Shown in pieces: positions 29,001 through 38,896 of a DNA stretch of 64,000 bases. The notes beneath the pieces are model-generated. The model had not been told where the DNA came from. It ran no database searches and saw only the letters and a program-made list of their open reading frames with translations. The stretch spans positions 4,084 to 68,083 of the IMG/VR virus record IMGVR_UViG_3300047289_000053; one strand, given 5' to 3'. Numbering within the stretch: the stretch's first letter is position 1; every line of letters starts with the position of its first letter. The translations under genes were made by a program, and so were the position numbers. The DNA is from a virus.

Positions 29001-31721
29001 TTAAAAAAACAAGAAGAGAAACTTAAAAATACTTTACTAGACCAATATGATTATTTGGTTGAAGATGGTCTTATTGATGCATCAATGAGTTTATCTGAAA
29101 TCCAAAAATATGTAATGGATGTAGAGAAAGGTCTTAAGCCTGATACAGAAGCTAATGAAGCCAAAATAAAAAATAACTTAACAGAGTTATTTGATTCTAT
29201 GAAAGAATCAGTTGATTCTATTTTAGAAGATGGATACAATCCTGTAACAACTGAAGAAGTTGAATTAGATGAATATACTAGACAATTGCTAAGTAATTAT
29301 TCTTCTATGGATATTGATAGAATGTCTATATCGGAGGCTTATAGAGCAACAGAGGCACTAGAAAATTACTTAGTAAATGGTATTGTTGATAACATGGAGT
29401 CAATGTACCGTGTTTACGAAGGAGCATTAAAGAATGCTAAATTAGCAAGTCAAGGAGTTGTAGCACAAAATTTAAAAAGATTTGGAATTTTAGGTAGATC
29501 TAATTTATACGCTAGATCCTGGGCTGCTAATATTTCACCATTAAAATCTGTTATTGATTTAATGTTTAGATCAAGAGAGATGGGTGCTAAATTCTTAAAA
29601 GAATCTGGACTTAGAGATATTGCAAATTCTTCTAGTAGAGCTAAAACAGAAACTCAAAATATCGATAAAGCATATGATGAGAAGTTTAGCAAAACAAAAC
29701 CTAATGGACAACCATTCTATTCGGCAGAAAATACCTACGAAAGAGGTATGTATGCTCATCTAAGAAGAACATTTGAAGGCACTACAGATGAAATAAACAA
29801 CGAGTTTAATAGACGCAAAAAACAAATTGTTGATACTATTGACAAGTTGATGAAATCTGGTGATGATAAATTAATTAATAGAGCAAAGGTATACCAAAAG
29901 GTATTTGATAAATTCAAAGATGCAAAAAACATCCAAGAGGTTGAAGACTCTATTGATGTAACTAATGCTAGTGCTGTAAAATGGTGGAATGCTATATTTG
30001 ATAAATACTATCCTGAAGTTAAAAAGATAGCGTCTTCTGTATATAATACTGTACTAGAGGATGATATAAATTATTCTCCTGATAATTATGAGAAGATATT
30101 AGAAGATAGTGTACCTGATGTGAATGAGGTTTCTACATATAGAATGGCATTCAACTTTTTGAATTCAGAGAAGTCGGGTACATTAATGAAGAATAATAGA
30201 CTTCAAGAATTGCCTAAGAATAGAGCAATGAATTTTGATTTTGATTTTAATAATTCATCTGCTTTAGGTAAAATGTTAGTAGATGTTAGGACAGCTCCTT
30301 ATGTACAACAATACAGAGGATTTTCTAACGCACCTAGTTTTGATGAGATATTCAAAGATCCTAAAGACAGAGATGTTATTAAGGAGAAAATGAATTGGTA
30401 TGTTAACGAGGTTCGTTCTAAAAATTATTCTACTGCTAATGTTAGAGCAAAAGATGCTGAAAAAATATTTAGAGAAATATCCCGTATTGGTACTGGTCGT
30501 GCATTAGGTTCTGCTTTATCAATATTTAAGCAATTCTCTACAGCAATGATAAACACTTCTATTAATTTAGCGAATAATCCTAAAGCATTGATCCAAGGAC
30601 TTTCAACTATTAAAGATAAAAGTGCAATGAAATGGCTTGAGAATTCAGGTTATGCTATTGCTAATAGAGGATTAGAATCTCAAACAGCAATTGAATCAGC
30701 AGATAGGATATTGAACCAAACAAATCCAGAAGCGGTAAACAAACTTGTTGGATCAACTCAAAAAATACTTAATACAATTGAGAAAGTAAACCAATTCTAT
30801 TTAAAATCATTCTTACAGAATGGTGACGTATTTGGTGCTCGTGCTTCCTGGATGGCTTATTACTTAAATAAGTTGGATAGTATGGGTATTAATACTTCTA
30901 ATATTGATTGGTCTAAACATAAATTGGTTACGGAAGCTGCTGATTATGCTCAAGATAAGGTTGATCTTCAGCAAAACGTATCAGAATCGGCAATGTTGGG
31001 TAAACTATTAAATAGTAAAAATCCATACATTAATATGGGTAAATCGCTATTTATTCCTTTTAGTAGTTTTGTTTTTAATGCTAAAGATAAAATAGCTACA
31101 GACTTAACTATTTTATCATCCAATGCTAATGATAAAGAAAAATTAGATGCAATAAAATCTTTATCAGGTACAGCCGTTGAAATGATGATATTTGAAGTTA
31201 TGGGTAGCTCAATTACTTTGGGAATTGAATTATTAGCTAACTCTTTACTTGGATATGATACTGATGAGGATGAGTTGAGAGAAAAGTTAGATAAAGGATT
31301 ACAGAAATCTACAACTAGAATGTTTACTGATTCGTTCTCTCCAATGCCAAACTGGGGTGATAAGATAATGGTATCATTAGCTAATAAAGCACTTAATTTC
31401 TTGCAAAAAAATATAGATGAAGAGGACCGTAAATTATTTTATGCTTATGAAGCTAAAGGTGATTTCAATAATATAATGGGGTTAATTGGAGGAATTCCTG
31501 AAATTGCACTAAAGCCTTTAGTTAATTTTGGATTCACATTAGATAAGATTTTATCTGATACCTATGTGGATGATTTTGGGAATGAAGTTCAATTCTCTGA
31601 TGAAGATAAAGAAAAACTAGTTGGAATACTAGCCGCTCAACTAGCCGCACCATTCTTACCTACAGAGTACGGAAGAACATTAGACAAAATGGAACAGAAA
31701 ATAGAAAAAGAAGCTAAATAA
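26097..31721 (+). CDS. Large internal virion/ejection protein with an inserted ADP-ribosyltransferase-like (polyvalent-type) domain
   Basis: 1874 aa, mostly helical, with a Gly/Ala-rich membrane-like segment; VFHG..LYVSED...A.EYA..GFEAV domain at about 27770-28150. Confidence 0.65.
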   Translation: MAKQRLVKKGSQYGILDEASNTVLPISENMKLVQKQGQYGVLDGDSVIPIDNFSETITDSDLDILKKKNSTESVGQPTPKPTSSVSPKIQGSGLVASPAKAGKEEVGMIDDIWNSFKGAGAKALASIASVPQFAQNAAIDIMSSVTGRSSDFNKLPSNVKKQVRDAIAGSLSAATPTGRFAQASQEATDYLNKKSEDIYKKTRQEEIDVVDELAKFGENPNAESIKKVLYQGLKTTFESAPYMAIGMASLPALAITSAAGKREEDISKEGDVGIGNLLNAGIYGAAEAVFEGTTNKILRKAANSAVGNPKAAKAVAEGFVKSVLKDFGQEATSEGATTAIQDLSDRITKGENIQDINYYKLAKNVANSAILGGISGGGISLTASTAGAARKYVASKIMPKNQIEKINNNTKTIQSLNLEHGEDVDPRVNEIVNKKIDELVAENEAIIAENEKIAENLSADQIKQVFDIDDKLEENYNSAKSIIDDAAMDDNAKKLLLDDLLKQQNNLKQEKDAIQKQATSEIPVQPETGISGEVAKGEPQAEPQVPTEEVKVEEVTTPSETIEVFHGGDLPSLEEGRPLYVSEDASQANEYAKMSGGEVSKFFLDKNKIASEQDAFDIMEELGLDSFGNFFELIDPRFDEAFSEEDIKRVFDTLKERGFEAVKYTDIDQKDLKSGIENILVLDASKSLKTEPTPTTEVKEEVIVRPEQKVEQATAVKKGIDAVNKAVERGRPLKKAVEGGIAFMQKTIAYEQADDVTREQMLRDINKKFGVKEKKAPSVKKVLGKKPDMILIDEMESIKKQLKIEAKAAKKASDIATKEGKQILKSTVKDIKQTRKDVISKLKSMITRGSLSKAQQKSLLNALEKTNIFNPVMRERMFERMQKMFERADYKDRIKEATTFRNRIKKLAKSETLQASVSNMAKDFSKVIPDLTDVDKYLEKARDVYNAIKNPLRVAVVIDDVNKFSETELKKQEEKLKNTLLDQYDYLVEDGLIDASMSLSEIQKYVMDVEKGLKPDTEANEAKIKNNLTELFDSMKESVDSILEDGYNPVTTEEVELDEYTRQLLSNYSSMDIDRMSISEAYRATEALENYLVNGIVDNMESMYRVYEGALKNAKLASQGVVAQNLKRFGILGRSNLYARSWAANISPLKSVIDLMFRSREMGAKFLKESGLRDIANSSSRAKTETQNIDKAYDEKFSKTKPNGQPFYSAENTYERGMYAHLRRTFEGTTDEINNEFNRRKKQIVDTIDKLMKSGDDKLINRAKVYQKVFDKFKDAKNIQEVEDSIDVTNASAVKWWNAIFDKYYPEVKKIASSVYNTVLEDDINYSPDNYEKILEDSVPDVNEVSTYRMAFNFLNSEKSGTLMKNNRLQELPKNRAMNFDFDFNNSSALGKMLVDVRTAPYVQQYRGFSNAPSFDEIFKDPKDRDVIKEKMNWYVNEVRSKNYSTANVRAKDAEKIFREISRIGTGRALGSALSIFKQFSTAMINTSINLANNPKALIQGLSTIKDKSAMKWLENSGYAIANRGLESQTAIESADRILNQTNPEAVNKLVGSTQKILNTIEKVNQFYLKSFLQNGDVFGARASWMAYYLNKLDSMGINTSNIDWSKHKLVTEAADYAQDKVDLQQNVSESAMLGKLLNSKNPYINMGKSLFIPFSSFVFNAKDKIATDLTILSSNANDKEKLDAIKSLSGTAVEMMIFEVMGSSITLGIELLANSLLGYDTDEDELREKLDKGLQKSTTRMFTDSFSPMPNWGDKIMVSLANKALNFLQKNIDEEDRKLFYAYEAKGDFNNIMGLIGGIPEIALKPLVNFGFTLDKILSDTYVDDFGNEVQFSDEDKEKLVGILAAQLAAPFLPTEYGRTLDKMEQKIEKEAK
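26291..26404 (+). other. A12 slippery run followed by a 33-codon -1 frame extension
   Basis: TTA AAA AAA AAA AAT; the -1 frame reads FYGIRWSTNSKTYFIGISKDSREWTCGFSCKSR* (stop 26402-26404). Confidence 0.5.
27631..27762 (+). CDS. Nested (+1 frame) small basic protein MPFKSKQQVKYLYSQKPELAEKWRKENPKQNLKSLPKKLKSKK
   Basis: ATG at 27631 after an A-rich leader, TAA at 27760. Resembles small stand-alone phage proteins beginning MPFKS..Q.RYLY...PE.A.RW. Confidence 0.7.
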   Translation: MPFKSKQQVKYLYSQKPELAEKWRKENPKQNLKSLPKKLKSKK

Positions 31722-31722
31722 T

Positions 31723-31750
31723 AAAAATGGGGACCATGAGTCCCCTTTTT
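31723..31750. terminator. Bidirectional terminator between the converging late and replication blocks
   Basis: AAAAA-TGGGGAC-CATGA-GTCCCC-TTTTT. Confidence 0.8.
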
Positions 31751-31773
31751 AATTAATCACCTTATACGCAATT

Positions 31774-32127
31774 CTAACTTAAAAATCTTAGTTTGTATAG
31801 AGTTGTACTTAATAACTCTTGAGTGTTGTCTACTAATTGCTGCAAGTATCCGTCAGTTAATGTAGACTTATACGTTTCAAATGCTGTCATCTTTTCTTTT
31901 AAGTAATCTACCATATCAAGACCCTCTTCTAATTTAAAAGACTTATATCCTTTAATGATGCCATACTTACCTTGGTATGCCTCCACATAAGCGTCAAACT
32001 GGTCAGCAATGCCGTCATATAATTCATTCAAAGCCTTATGCTCTGCGAATGATGTCGTCTGCAAATGTGCAATGTGTGAGATATCTTGAATCTCTAGTAA
32101 TGAGCTAACGTATTCTTGAACTGTCAT
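31774..32127 (-). CDS. Ferritin/Dps-like four-helix protein
   Basis: H..H.QT.SFAEHKAL.ELYD....D.YVE.YQG and TLYKL.FL. Confidence 0.75.
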   Translation of the reverse strand: MTVQEYVSSLLEIQDISHIAHLQTTSFAEHKALNELYDGIADQFDAYVEAYQGKYGIIKGYKSFKLEEGLDMVDYLKEKMTAFETYKSTLTDGYLQQLVDNTQELLSTTLYKLRFLS

Positions 32128-32150
32128 AATCTTATATTTTCACAAAAATA

Positions 32151-33284
32151 CTAAAATATATTCACTAGTCTTGCAACTTGGCCATTCTCTTTGTGGTGAA
32201 TAAAGCCCTCAACTGCCTTAGGAGAGTGCTGATACCCAGAACGGTGATGCCATGAATCGGTACCACTGGGAGATCGGAGAGACTCGACGCAAACGCCCAT
32301 ATAATCCTTAGAAGACTTGTGGTGCACGTGATGAGTATAAATGTAGCGGTGTTTTGAGTCTGCCCACTCTTTACTTGCTTCATGAGCCATTAATAGGGGT
32401 AAGTCTGATACCTTAGCCCCATCTCCGTGTGTTGTACCAATTAGGTTTGAGCCATACTGAGTGTACTTACGGTGGGCAATAGAGCAATCAAATGTGATGT
32501 TTGGATTATTGTGGAACCAAGACTCGATTGCATCGGCTAAAAAGAAGCCATTAGTGTAGTCGTGGTTTGATGGATTAAATACAAAGTGAACGTCAGCTAT
32601 ACCAATCAACATCTCGATGACCTCGATATATAGCTTCTTAGCGACTCTAAAGTTGTCGTACCACATTCCATCCGTATCTTGTGGAGTTCCGCTTGTAGTC
32701 GTGCGTTTTGGGGTGTCTATGTGAAGGATGTCGTTGCCACCTACAAAAAGAATTTTGTCAATGTTAAAACCAGATGCTTTCTGTATAATTCCACGCACAC
32801 CATCAAGTACACGCTGAACAGCAATCTGATTATTATAGTCATCTCCAGTCTCAAAAGAGGAAGCTAATTTGCCGATGTGAATGTCAGCTGGGTCAACGAC
32901 TAATAGGTGACCATCCTGAATGTTACTGCGATCTAACTTAGGGTATACAGGTGCGTGCTTTTGCATATCAGCCACGATATCAGCTCGCATGTCATGATAT
33001 GTTTGCACCGGGTCTTTCTTATCAACCTTGACAAAAATAGACTGCTTATTAGTCTTCAGCCAGTAGTGCGATACCTCACCGATTGGTGCACCTTCTTTAT
33101 CACACTCATCGTTTAGGCTGCGATGTTCTGTTCTTAAAATGTATTCGGAAATTCTTTTGCGTAGCGTATCGACATTTCTGTCGTGCATATTATAATTCTC
33201 CTGTACTCTTCTAGCAATCTCAGCTTTGTTAAGATCGCCTTGTTGGTGTAGTTCTAGTGCGTATTCTAGGTAAGGTTTCATCAC
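32151..33284 (-). CDS. Metallophosphoesterase with N-terminal HTH-like region
   Basis: DIHIG, GNDILH, SNHD, THGD and HHVHH motifs. Confidence 0.8.
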   Translation of the reverse strand: MMKPYLEYALELHQQGDLNKAEIARRVQENYNMHDRNVDTLRKRISEYILRTEHRSLNDECDKEGAPIGEVSHYWLKTNKQSIFVKVDKKDPVQTYHDMRADIVADMQKHAPVYPKLDRSNIQDGHLLVVDPADIHIGKLASSFETGDDYNNQIAVQRVLDGVRGIIQKASGFNIDKILFVGGNDILHIDTPKRTTTSGTPQDTDGMWYDNFRVAKKLYIEVIEMLIGIADVHFVFNPSNHDYTNGFFLADAIESWFHNNPNITFDCSIAHRKYTQYGSNLIGTTHGDGAKVSDLPLLMAHEASKEWADSKHRYIYTHHVHHKSSKDYMGVCVESLRSPSGTDSWHHRSGYQHSPKAVEGFIHHKENGQVARLVNIF

Positions 33285-33429
33285 GTAATTGATTTAATTT
33301 TTCGATTAGAATTGAAATAGAGTCTTGAAGGTCTTCGTACTCTTTGTCTATAAGAGCCTCATATATCTCGTCTGTCATCTTATTGATGAAGCGAATTGTT
33401 GTGTTAGTATAGTCAATATGCTCTTTCAT
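33229..33429 (-). CDS. Hypothetical protein
   Basis: Short helical ORF overlapping the next start. Confidence 0.55.
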   Translation of the reverse strand: MKEHIDYTNTTIRFINKMTDEIYEALIDKEYEDLQDSISILIEKLNQLRDETLPRIRTRTTPTRRS

Positions 33430-33612
33430 AAACAAATAAAGGGGAAGTGTAAAACGATAAACACCTCCCCTTCAAAAAAATTATCACTTTAACCTTTGTA
33501 AATTTAGTTAAATATCTAATTACTTGTACATTTTTAATAAAAAATTTATAAGAACCCATTTTCAAGGACACCACCGACCAAAGCCTTAGTGGTTTTAAAT
33601 GGGTAAACCTTA

Positions 33613-35376
33613 TTAACCATCACAAGATAAACAATCAGGATCCGTTGCACGTGTAGCAATATCAGCCCGCAAAACAGATTCTGTACGCATATAATACAAT
33701 GTCTTAATACGTTGTCTCCAAGCCTCCATGTGTACCTGATTAATCCACTTAGGTGTAGCCTGAGATGGGAACGCTAGGTTTAATGAAACAGATTGGTCAA
33801 TGTACTGCTGACGGATACCTGCCTGCTTAATTAATTCTAATTGGTTTATCTCCTTAAATGTTTTGAATACATCCTTAACTGGGATATGGTCATCGCCTTC
33901 AGGATTCTCAGTCAACTTTCCGTTCACATAGAACCAGTTATCTAGTTCAGCAATGTCTTGGATTGATCCACCATCAGCAAGAATCTTATCCCATATCTCC
34001 TTGGTGTTAATACCAATCTTCTTCAATACTTTCTCGAGCTCTTTGTTCTTGCGAATGAATGTACCCTTAGCTGATTGGTCTGTGAATACGTTAGCAGCCC
34101 AAGGCTCAACACCAGCAGATACGTTACCACTTAGCTTAGAGTTAGATACGGTTGGAGCTATTGCACGTAAGTGTGTGTTACGCATGCCTGTCTCAACACA
34201 CCATAATGGCTCGCCATATTCTACAGCCATGTCACGTGATGCACGCTCAGACTCAATCTTAATTTGAGAGAATATCTTACGTGTCTCAAACTGAGCAAGC
34301 AATCCTTCGAACGGAATACCTTTCTGTTGTAAGTATGTATGCCATCCTAGAACACCTAGTCCAATAGCACGACCTTTCTCAGCAAATCGAACTACGTTCT
34401 CGAAGCCTTTCATATTCTTAGCTTTCTGAATGAACTCTTCAAGCACACCATCTAGAAACCATGTAGATACATAGATTAAGTCTGTGTCTTTCCACTCGTC
34501 ATACTTAGCTAAGTTGACTGATGATAGACAACACACAAAGCTATGGCTCTCATCTGTATGCAACACGATCTCCGAGCAGATGTTAGTCATGTAAACCTTC
34601 AAGCTATTCTTCTTGTATGCCTCAGGGTTCTGCTTGTTCACGTTACCCTTGAACATAATGTACGGCTCACCTGTAGCCTTACGCTTCTGTAATAACTTGC
34701 CCCACTTGCGACGTGCATCCGGGTCACCATCTTCTAGCTTACGCATAAACTTATCGCCCACCACAGCACACTGGTGTAGGTTTAAGCACTGGCGATTCAC
34801 ATCACCCTTAGGCTCACGAATCTCCAACCAATCCTCAAAGTCTTTGTGCTCAATGTTTAAGTTACTAGATGCCGCACCACGACGTACATTGCCTTGTGAT
34901 GTTGCAAGAATAGTAGAGTCAAAGATTTTAGTGAATGGGATAACACCATCAGATGTTCCGTTCTTAGATATCTTTGATCCTGCAGGACGGATACGGTTAA
35001 AGCCTACGCCTACTCCACCTCCATGTTTAGCAAGTAGCATCATCTCTAAGTTCTTGGTACCAATGTCATATACTGAGTCAGCTATGTCAATACCATAACA
35101 AGAGATAGGTAAGCCACGATCAGTGCCTGTGTTAGATAGCACAGGTGTAGCTAGGTTTAACCATCCATTCCAGATGTATTGAAAGAACTTGTCAGCCATC
35201 TCAGGCTTACCAAGTCTATCAGCTACAGCACGAGACACACGTGCGTATGCATTAATTGGCTTCTCTCCTGCAAGCAGGTATCCACCTGAGATTGTCTTTA
35301 CGTATTCGGGTGAGTTACCCCAAGCTGGGAAGTCTACATCTAGTTCCCATCCTAGGTTCTCTGCGTGATTAATCAT
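33613..35376 (-). CDS. nrdA: Ribonucleotide reductase class I alpha subunit (short, no ATP cone)
   Basis: ATPVL, ISC, GGGVG, RRGA, NICSEI, IAPT, TLYY and C-terminal CLSC. Confidence 0.95.
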   Translation of the reverse strand: MINHAENLGWELDVDFPAWGNSPEYVKTISGGYLLAGEKPINAYARVSRAVADRLGKPEMADKFFQYIWNGWLNLATPVLSNTGTDRGLPISCYGIDIADSVYDIGTKNLEMMLLAKHGGGVGVGFNRIRPAGSKISKNGTSDGVIPFTKIFDSTILATSQGNVRRGAASSNLNIEHKDFEDWLEIREPKGDVNRQCLNLHQCAVVGDKFMRKLEDGDPDARRKWGKLLQKRKATGEPYIMFKGNVNKQNPEAYKKNSLKVYMTNICSEIVLHTDESHSFVCCLSSVNLAKYDEWKDTDLIYVSTWFLDGVLEEFIQKAKNMKGFENVVRFAEKGRAIGLGVLGWHTYLQQKGIPFEGLLAQFETRKIFSQIKIESERASRDMAVEYGEPLWCVETGMRNTHLRAIAPTVSNSKLSGNVSAGVEPWAANVFTDQSAKGTFIRKNKELEKVLKKIGINTKEIWDKILADGGSIQDIAELDNWFYVNGKLTENPEGDDHIPVKDVFKTFKEINQLELIKQAGIRQQYIDQSVSLNLAFPSQATPKWINQVHMEAWRQRIKTLYYMRTESVLRADIATRATDPDCLSCDG

Positions 35377-35462
35377 TTTCTAAAGATTTAATTAGTTCAA
35401 GTAAAAATTCTATCATTTGCACAGCACTCTCTGAGCTACTTGCATCTATCGAAGCGGTTGAC

Positions 35463-35762
35463 TTATCGGGCAACACTATCTCCATTTTTATTGGGGAATT
35501 TGGCATAGCTAAATGATGTTAAAAAATTTGTTAGCGGCTCTATCTCATCAAAGTACATATACTCATCATCAAATATATAAGCCTTCCATGTACTAAGTTT
35601 TGCCTCATCGTCTGTATTTGTTATTAATGATGTATGCCTAGATACTACATATAAGTAATAATAGAAATCTTCCGGGTATCCTGACTCATGTTTAGAGACA
35701 AAGATTTTCTCAAAACCTAAATCTATTAGGTCTTGTTCATGGATAGGATGGTGCTTTATCAT
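35463..35762 (-). CDS. Hypothetical protein
   Basis: ORF overlapping the upstream MazG-like stop. Confidence 0.55.
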   Translation of the reverse strand: MIKHHPIHEQDLIDLGFEKIFVSKHESGYPEDFYYYLYVVSRHTSLITNTDDEAKLSTWKAYIFDDEYMYFDEIEPLTNFLTSFSYAKFPNKNGDSVAR

Positions 35763-36067
35763 TCCTTTATGAAGACTCCGTTAGTTGTTTTTCCCTTGCG
35801 ATGCTTAATCTCGTTCCATGCGGAGTTCAATGCTTCTTGTGGTGTTAACCCACATTGCATTGTCAAGATGATAAGAGTAACGAACGTGTCACCTAAGCCG
35901 TCGATCAATTCATCAGGATTGTTCTTGCTGATAGCGGAGGCCGCTTCACCCAATTCTTCAACAACCTTGACGAATTGAGACTTTACAAATGATGGGTCAA
36001 TCAAACCTTTGTCGTTAGCCCAGTCATGTACGTTGATAATTAGTTGGTCAAAAGATAATTCTTCCAT
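35759..36067 (-). CDS. MazG-like NTP pyrophosphohydrolase
   Basis: WA..KGL..Q..K..EE.GE..D..GD..VTL..EIK.RKGK..NG.FIKE. Confidence 0.85.
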   Translation of the reverse strand: MEELSFDQLIINVHDWANDKGLIDPSFVKSQFVKVVEELGEAASAISKNNPDELIDGLGDTFVTLIILTMQCGLTPQEALNSAWNEIKHRKGKTTNGVFIKE

Positions 36068-36088
36068 TGTTATTATATTTAGTTTAAG

Positions 36089-37081
36089 TTAAAACATGTC
36101 ACTCCAGTCCTCGCCTTCGTTGGCTTTACTGTATGCTGTTGGTCTAGTTGCAAAAAAATCTGAGTGCTCAACGCCTGCTGTCAATTGGTAGAACCAATCT
36201 AATTGCTCAGCGGCCGCAGGATCGTAAGCAAAGATAGGGTCATAGCCTAACTCTACTAACTTATCATTGATGCGTTTGTGCATAAAATGTTTAAGGTCGT
36301 AAGCCTTTAGGTTTTCTAAGTCACCTCTTTCAAATATCTTGTCGATAAAGTTCATCTCCATCTCTAAGGTTAACTTAGCCGCTTCAATGATGGCATCCTT
36401 TGCATCTGTTTTTAAGTCAGGGAATTCATCACACATGTGACGGAACAATTGACATCCCATCTTAGAATGTAACGCCTCATCCCTTACAGACCACTTCATC
36501 TGTTGGCCAACACCTTTTAGCTTGTTGTTCAATTGGAATGAGTAGAGCACAGCGAATGAGCTGTACAAGGCTACACCTTCAGTGAACGCTGAGAAGATTG
36601 CTAGTGATCTAGCCACATCTCTACGGGCCGGTGCACTGGTGCACAGAATCTTATAATTGTAATGGTGAGGTACAGATGTTAATGCCTCAACACGACTAGC
36701 AATAGCAGGCTCATGCATGAACCCTTCATAGTCATCAAGACCAAGGGTATCATTAAGATATGAGTAAGCCGTTGCGTGAACAGTCTCCTGAGCTCCGAAC
36801 ATCATAGCCATCTGAATGATCTCATACTTAGGAAACCAATCAGTCACCATGCCTGTCCAATAGTCTGACACAGCACACTCCGTCTGAGCAAAGCCTAATA
36901 GGATATTGCCTACTACGTGCTTCTCATTCTCTGTTAGATTCTCATTCCAATCCTTTACATCAGATGACATAGGAATCTCTGTGTGCAACCAGAATGCTTG
37001 TGCTTGTTTCAGCCATCCCTCTGTGTAGTACTCTGGATACTCAAAAGGTTTGTATGCAATACGTTTTTCAAATAAGCTCAT
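36089..37081 (-). CDS. nrdB: Ribonucleotide reductase class I beta subunit
   Basis: KPFEYP, FW...EI, ETVH..AY, EGV.LYSSF, RDEALH and DFF. Confidence 0.95.
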   Translation of the reverse strand: MSLFEKRIAYKPFEYPEYYTEGWLKQAQAFWLHTEIPMSSDVKDWNENLTENEKHVVGNILLGFAQTECAVSDYWTGMVTDWFPKYEIIQMAMMFGAQETVHATAYSYLNDTLGLDDYEGFMHEPAIASRVEALTSVPHHYNYKILCTSAPARRDVARSLAIFSAFTEGVALYSSFAVLYSFQLNNKLKGVGQQMKWSVRDEALHSKMGCQLFRHMCDEFPDLKTDAKDAIIEAAKLTLEMEMNFIDKIFERGDLENLKAYDLKHFMHKRINDKLVELGYDPIFAYDPAAAEQLDWFYQLTAGVEHSDFFATRPTAYSKANEGEDWSDMF

Positions 37082-37463
37082 AAGATGCTATAAATCGTTT
37101 TATACTGTTGTCTTTAATAATTTGATTGCCAGCTAGTACCTCGTCTAAAAATTCGTCGATGTCTATCTGTTCTAGTAACTCAATGGCTACCATATTTTTA
37201 GGTGTGTCTTGGCCTGCAAGCGTAAGTTCTCCCATCTCTGCAAAAAACCTGAAGTACTTGGGCTCTTCATCCACTACGCTGAAAACAATTCTTCTTTCGT
37301 CTTCCTTATTTATTTCGTTTGAGAAGTGGACCAATGCGTCTGCTATCTGATCAAAAGTATCCTCCCGCATCGAGCTCATCCATTTGAAAAGACTCTGTGA
37401 TACTGCTACCATCTGTCTCTCCTCGAAATACCTCAACCCTAAATCCGTGTTTTCTGAGTTCAT
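37068..37463 (-). CDS. Hypothetical acidic protein (true start uncertain)
   Basis: ORF overlapping the nrdB start and the end of the VRR-NUC gene. Confidence 0.5.
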   Translation of the reverse strand: MNSENTDLGLRYFEERQMVAVSQSLFKWMSSMREDTFDQIADALVHFSNEINKEDERRIVFSVVDEEPKYFRFFAEMGELTLAGQDTPKNMVAIELLEQIDIDEFLDEVLAGNQIIKDNSIKRFIASYELI

Positions 37464-37656
37464 TTAGTCTAAATTTTTGTAAGTCTGATACTTTTCCTGT
37501 TGGTGTTTTAACCTCGCTAAACAAAACTCCCTTTGTCGGATGCAAAGCTAGTAAGTCAGGTATGCCGTTCTTGTTAGTCTTAATTAACTTAAGAACATAG
37601 TACCCTTCTTTCTCTAGTTGCTTAATTCGTTTGGATTGTATTTGTTGTTCTGACAT
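37351..37656 (-). CDS. VRR-NUC nuclease / Holliday junction resolvase-like
   Basis: SEQQIQ..GIPDL..F.EVK...G.VS.LQ..GF.VEV. Confidence 0.85.
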   Translation of the reverse strand: MSEQQIQSKRIKQLEKEGYYVLKLIKTNKNGIPDLLALHPTKGVLFSEVKTPTGKVSDLQKFRLNELRKHGFRVEVFRGETDGSSITESFQMDELDAGGYF

Positions 37657-37660
37657 GGGG

Positions 37661-38896
37661 CTACGAATTTAAGAAATCTTTCTTGAAAAAATTTAGAGTG
37701 TAGTCTTTTTTCTGTTGGACTACTTCGTAAATCTTCTCTTCAATTCCTCCAATCGTAAACACCCAATACACCTTGTTAAACTTGCGGTCGATGGTGGTCA
37801 TCCTATCCTTGCTTTGCCAATAAGATGTTGCACTAAAGTCTATGTTATAGTACACCAAGGAGTCAGCGTTGCGGAGGCTGATGCCTTCACGTCCTGATAC
37901 AATCTGAAGAGCGATGTTCTTACTAGTTGTATTGAACTCTTCAAGGTCATCGGTTAGTTCATCTCCAAAGATAAACTTCAATGCATCCCACTCAGCCTTA
38001 AACTTATAAAAGATTCCTATCTTCTTATTCTTGAACTTATCCTTAATAAAAGTAGCCTTGGTATAATCAAACACTAACCTTCTTCCTGACTCCAGGATGA
38101 TGGTGCCCGAGTACATTTGATGTAACTTGTTCATCATCTTAGCACCAGTGTCAGCAAGTATCGTGTCATCATCACCTTGCACAACCGACTCTTTCTTTAA
38201 CTTGTTAGCTAACTTATAAGTCATAGGACTCATGCCAACCCTAAGTACTGCCTCCTCTACTGATGTAGTGAAGCCTGCCTTCTCTTGGGTGAACGATATC
38301 ATTAGATGCTTGATGGCATCCATAATTTTATCTTTCAACGCACCTGAGTAGTCATTAACTTTCATTGCACCTATGTACTTTATTTTTACTTTAACATAGT
38401 CATTAGCCCACCGGTAAAAGTTGGCATAAGATTTAAATGGGTTGTTAGGATGCACATAAAGCTGGTGGTAAATCTGAGAGTAACTCTCAGGTGTCGGTGT
38501 TCCCGACAGAAAGATAACCTTTGCGTTAGACTTCTTTACCAAATCTTTAACCTGCTTCGCTCTTTTGCTAGGCTTAGGGAATGCACCCATCGTGTGTGCT
38601 TCGTCGCAAATTATGAGGTTCCAATTTGTCCCCTCAAGTTTATGAATCGACTCGTAGTTTACACACGTAAGGTTAAAGTTACAACCTAAATCTTTATGAT
38701 CTTTCTTAATACCTGGCACCACCTTTAATTTGGTGATGAACAATACTTCTTTAGCACCTAAGGCATCGCAGATAGCTAGTGATGTCATGGTCTTACCGGT
38801 CCTTACTTCCATAGAAAGATACAGCAGACCATCCTCTTTAATAATGCCAAGCCCGTCGTTTACTATCTTCTTCTGGTAATCCCTTAGTTGTATCAT
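37661..38896 (-). CDS. SNF2-like superfamily 2 helicase
   Basis: LRDYQ, RTGKT, DEAH, SGTP, GREGISL and Q..DR; likely start 38896. Confidence 0.85.
   Translation of the reverse strand: MIQLRDYQKKIVNDGLGIIKEDGLLYLSMEVRTGKTMTSLAICDALGAKEVLFITKLKVVPGIKKDHKDLGCNFNLTCVNYESIHKLEGTNWNLIICDEAHTMGAFPKPSKRAKQVKDLVKKSNAKVIFLSGTPTPESYSQIYHQLYVHPNNPFKSYANFYRWANDYVKVKIKYIGAMKVNDYSGALKDKIMDAIKHLMISFTQEKAGFTTSVEEAVLRVGMSPMTYKLANKLKKESVVQGDDDTILADTGAKMMNKLHQMYSGTIILESGRRLVFDYTKATFIKDKFKNKKIGIFYKFKAEWDALKFIFGDELTDDLEEFNTTSKNIALQIVSGREGISLRNADSLVYYNIDFSATSYWQSKDRMTTIDRKFNKVYWVFTIGGIEEKIYEVVQQKKDYTLNFFKKDFLNS

Noticed and set aside
8825-31721. Stop-codon reassignment as in some crAss-like phages
   Set aside because: Structural genes are intact under the standard code, and TAA, TAG and TGA all act as stops.
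33953-35098. Plus-strand ORFs opposite nrdA
   Set aside because: Antisense shadows of a well-supported gene.
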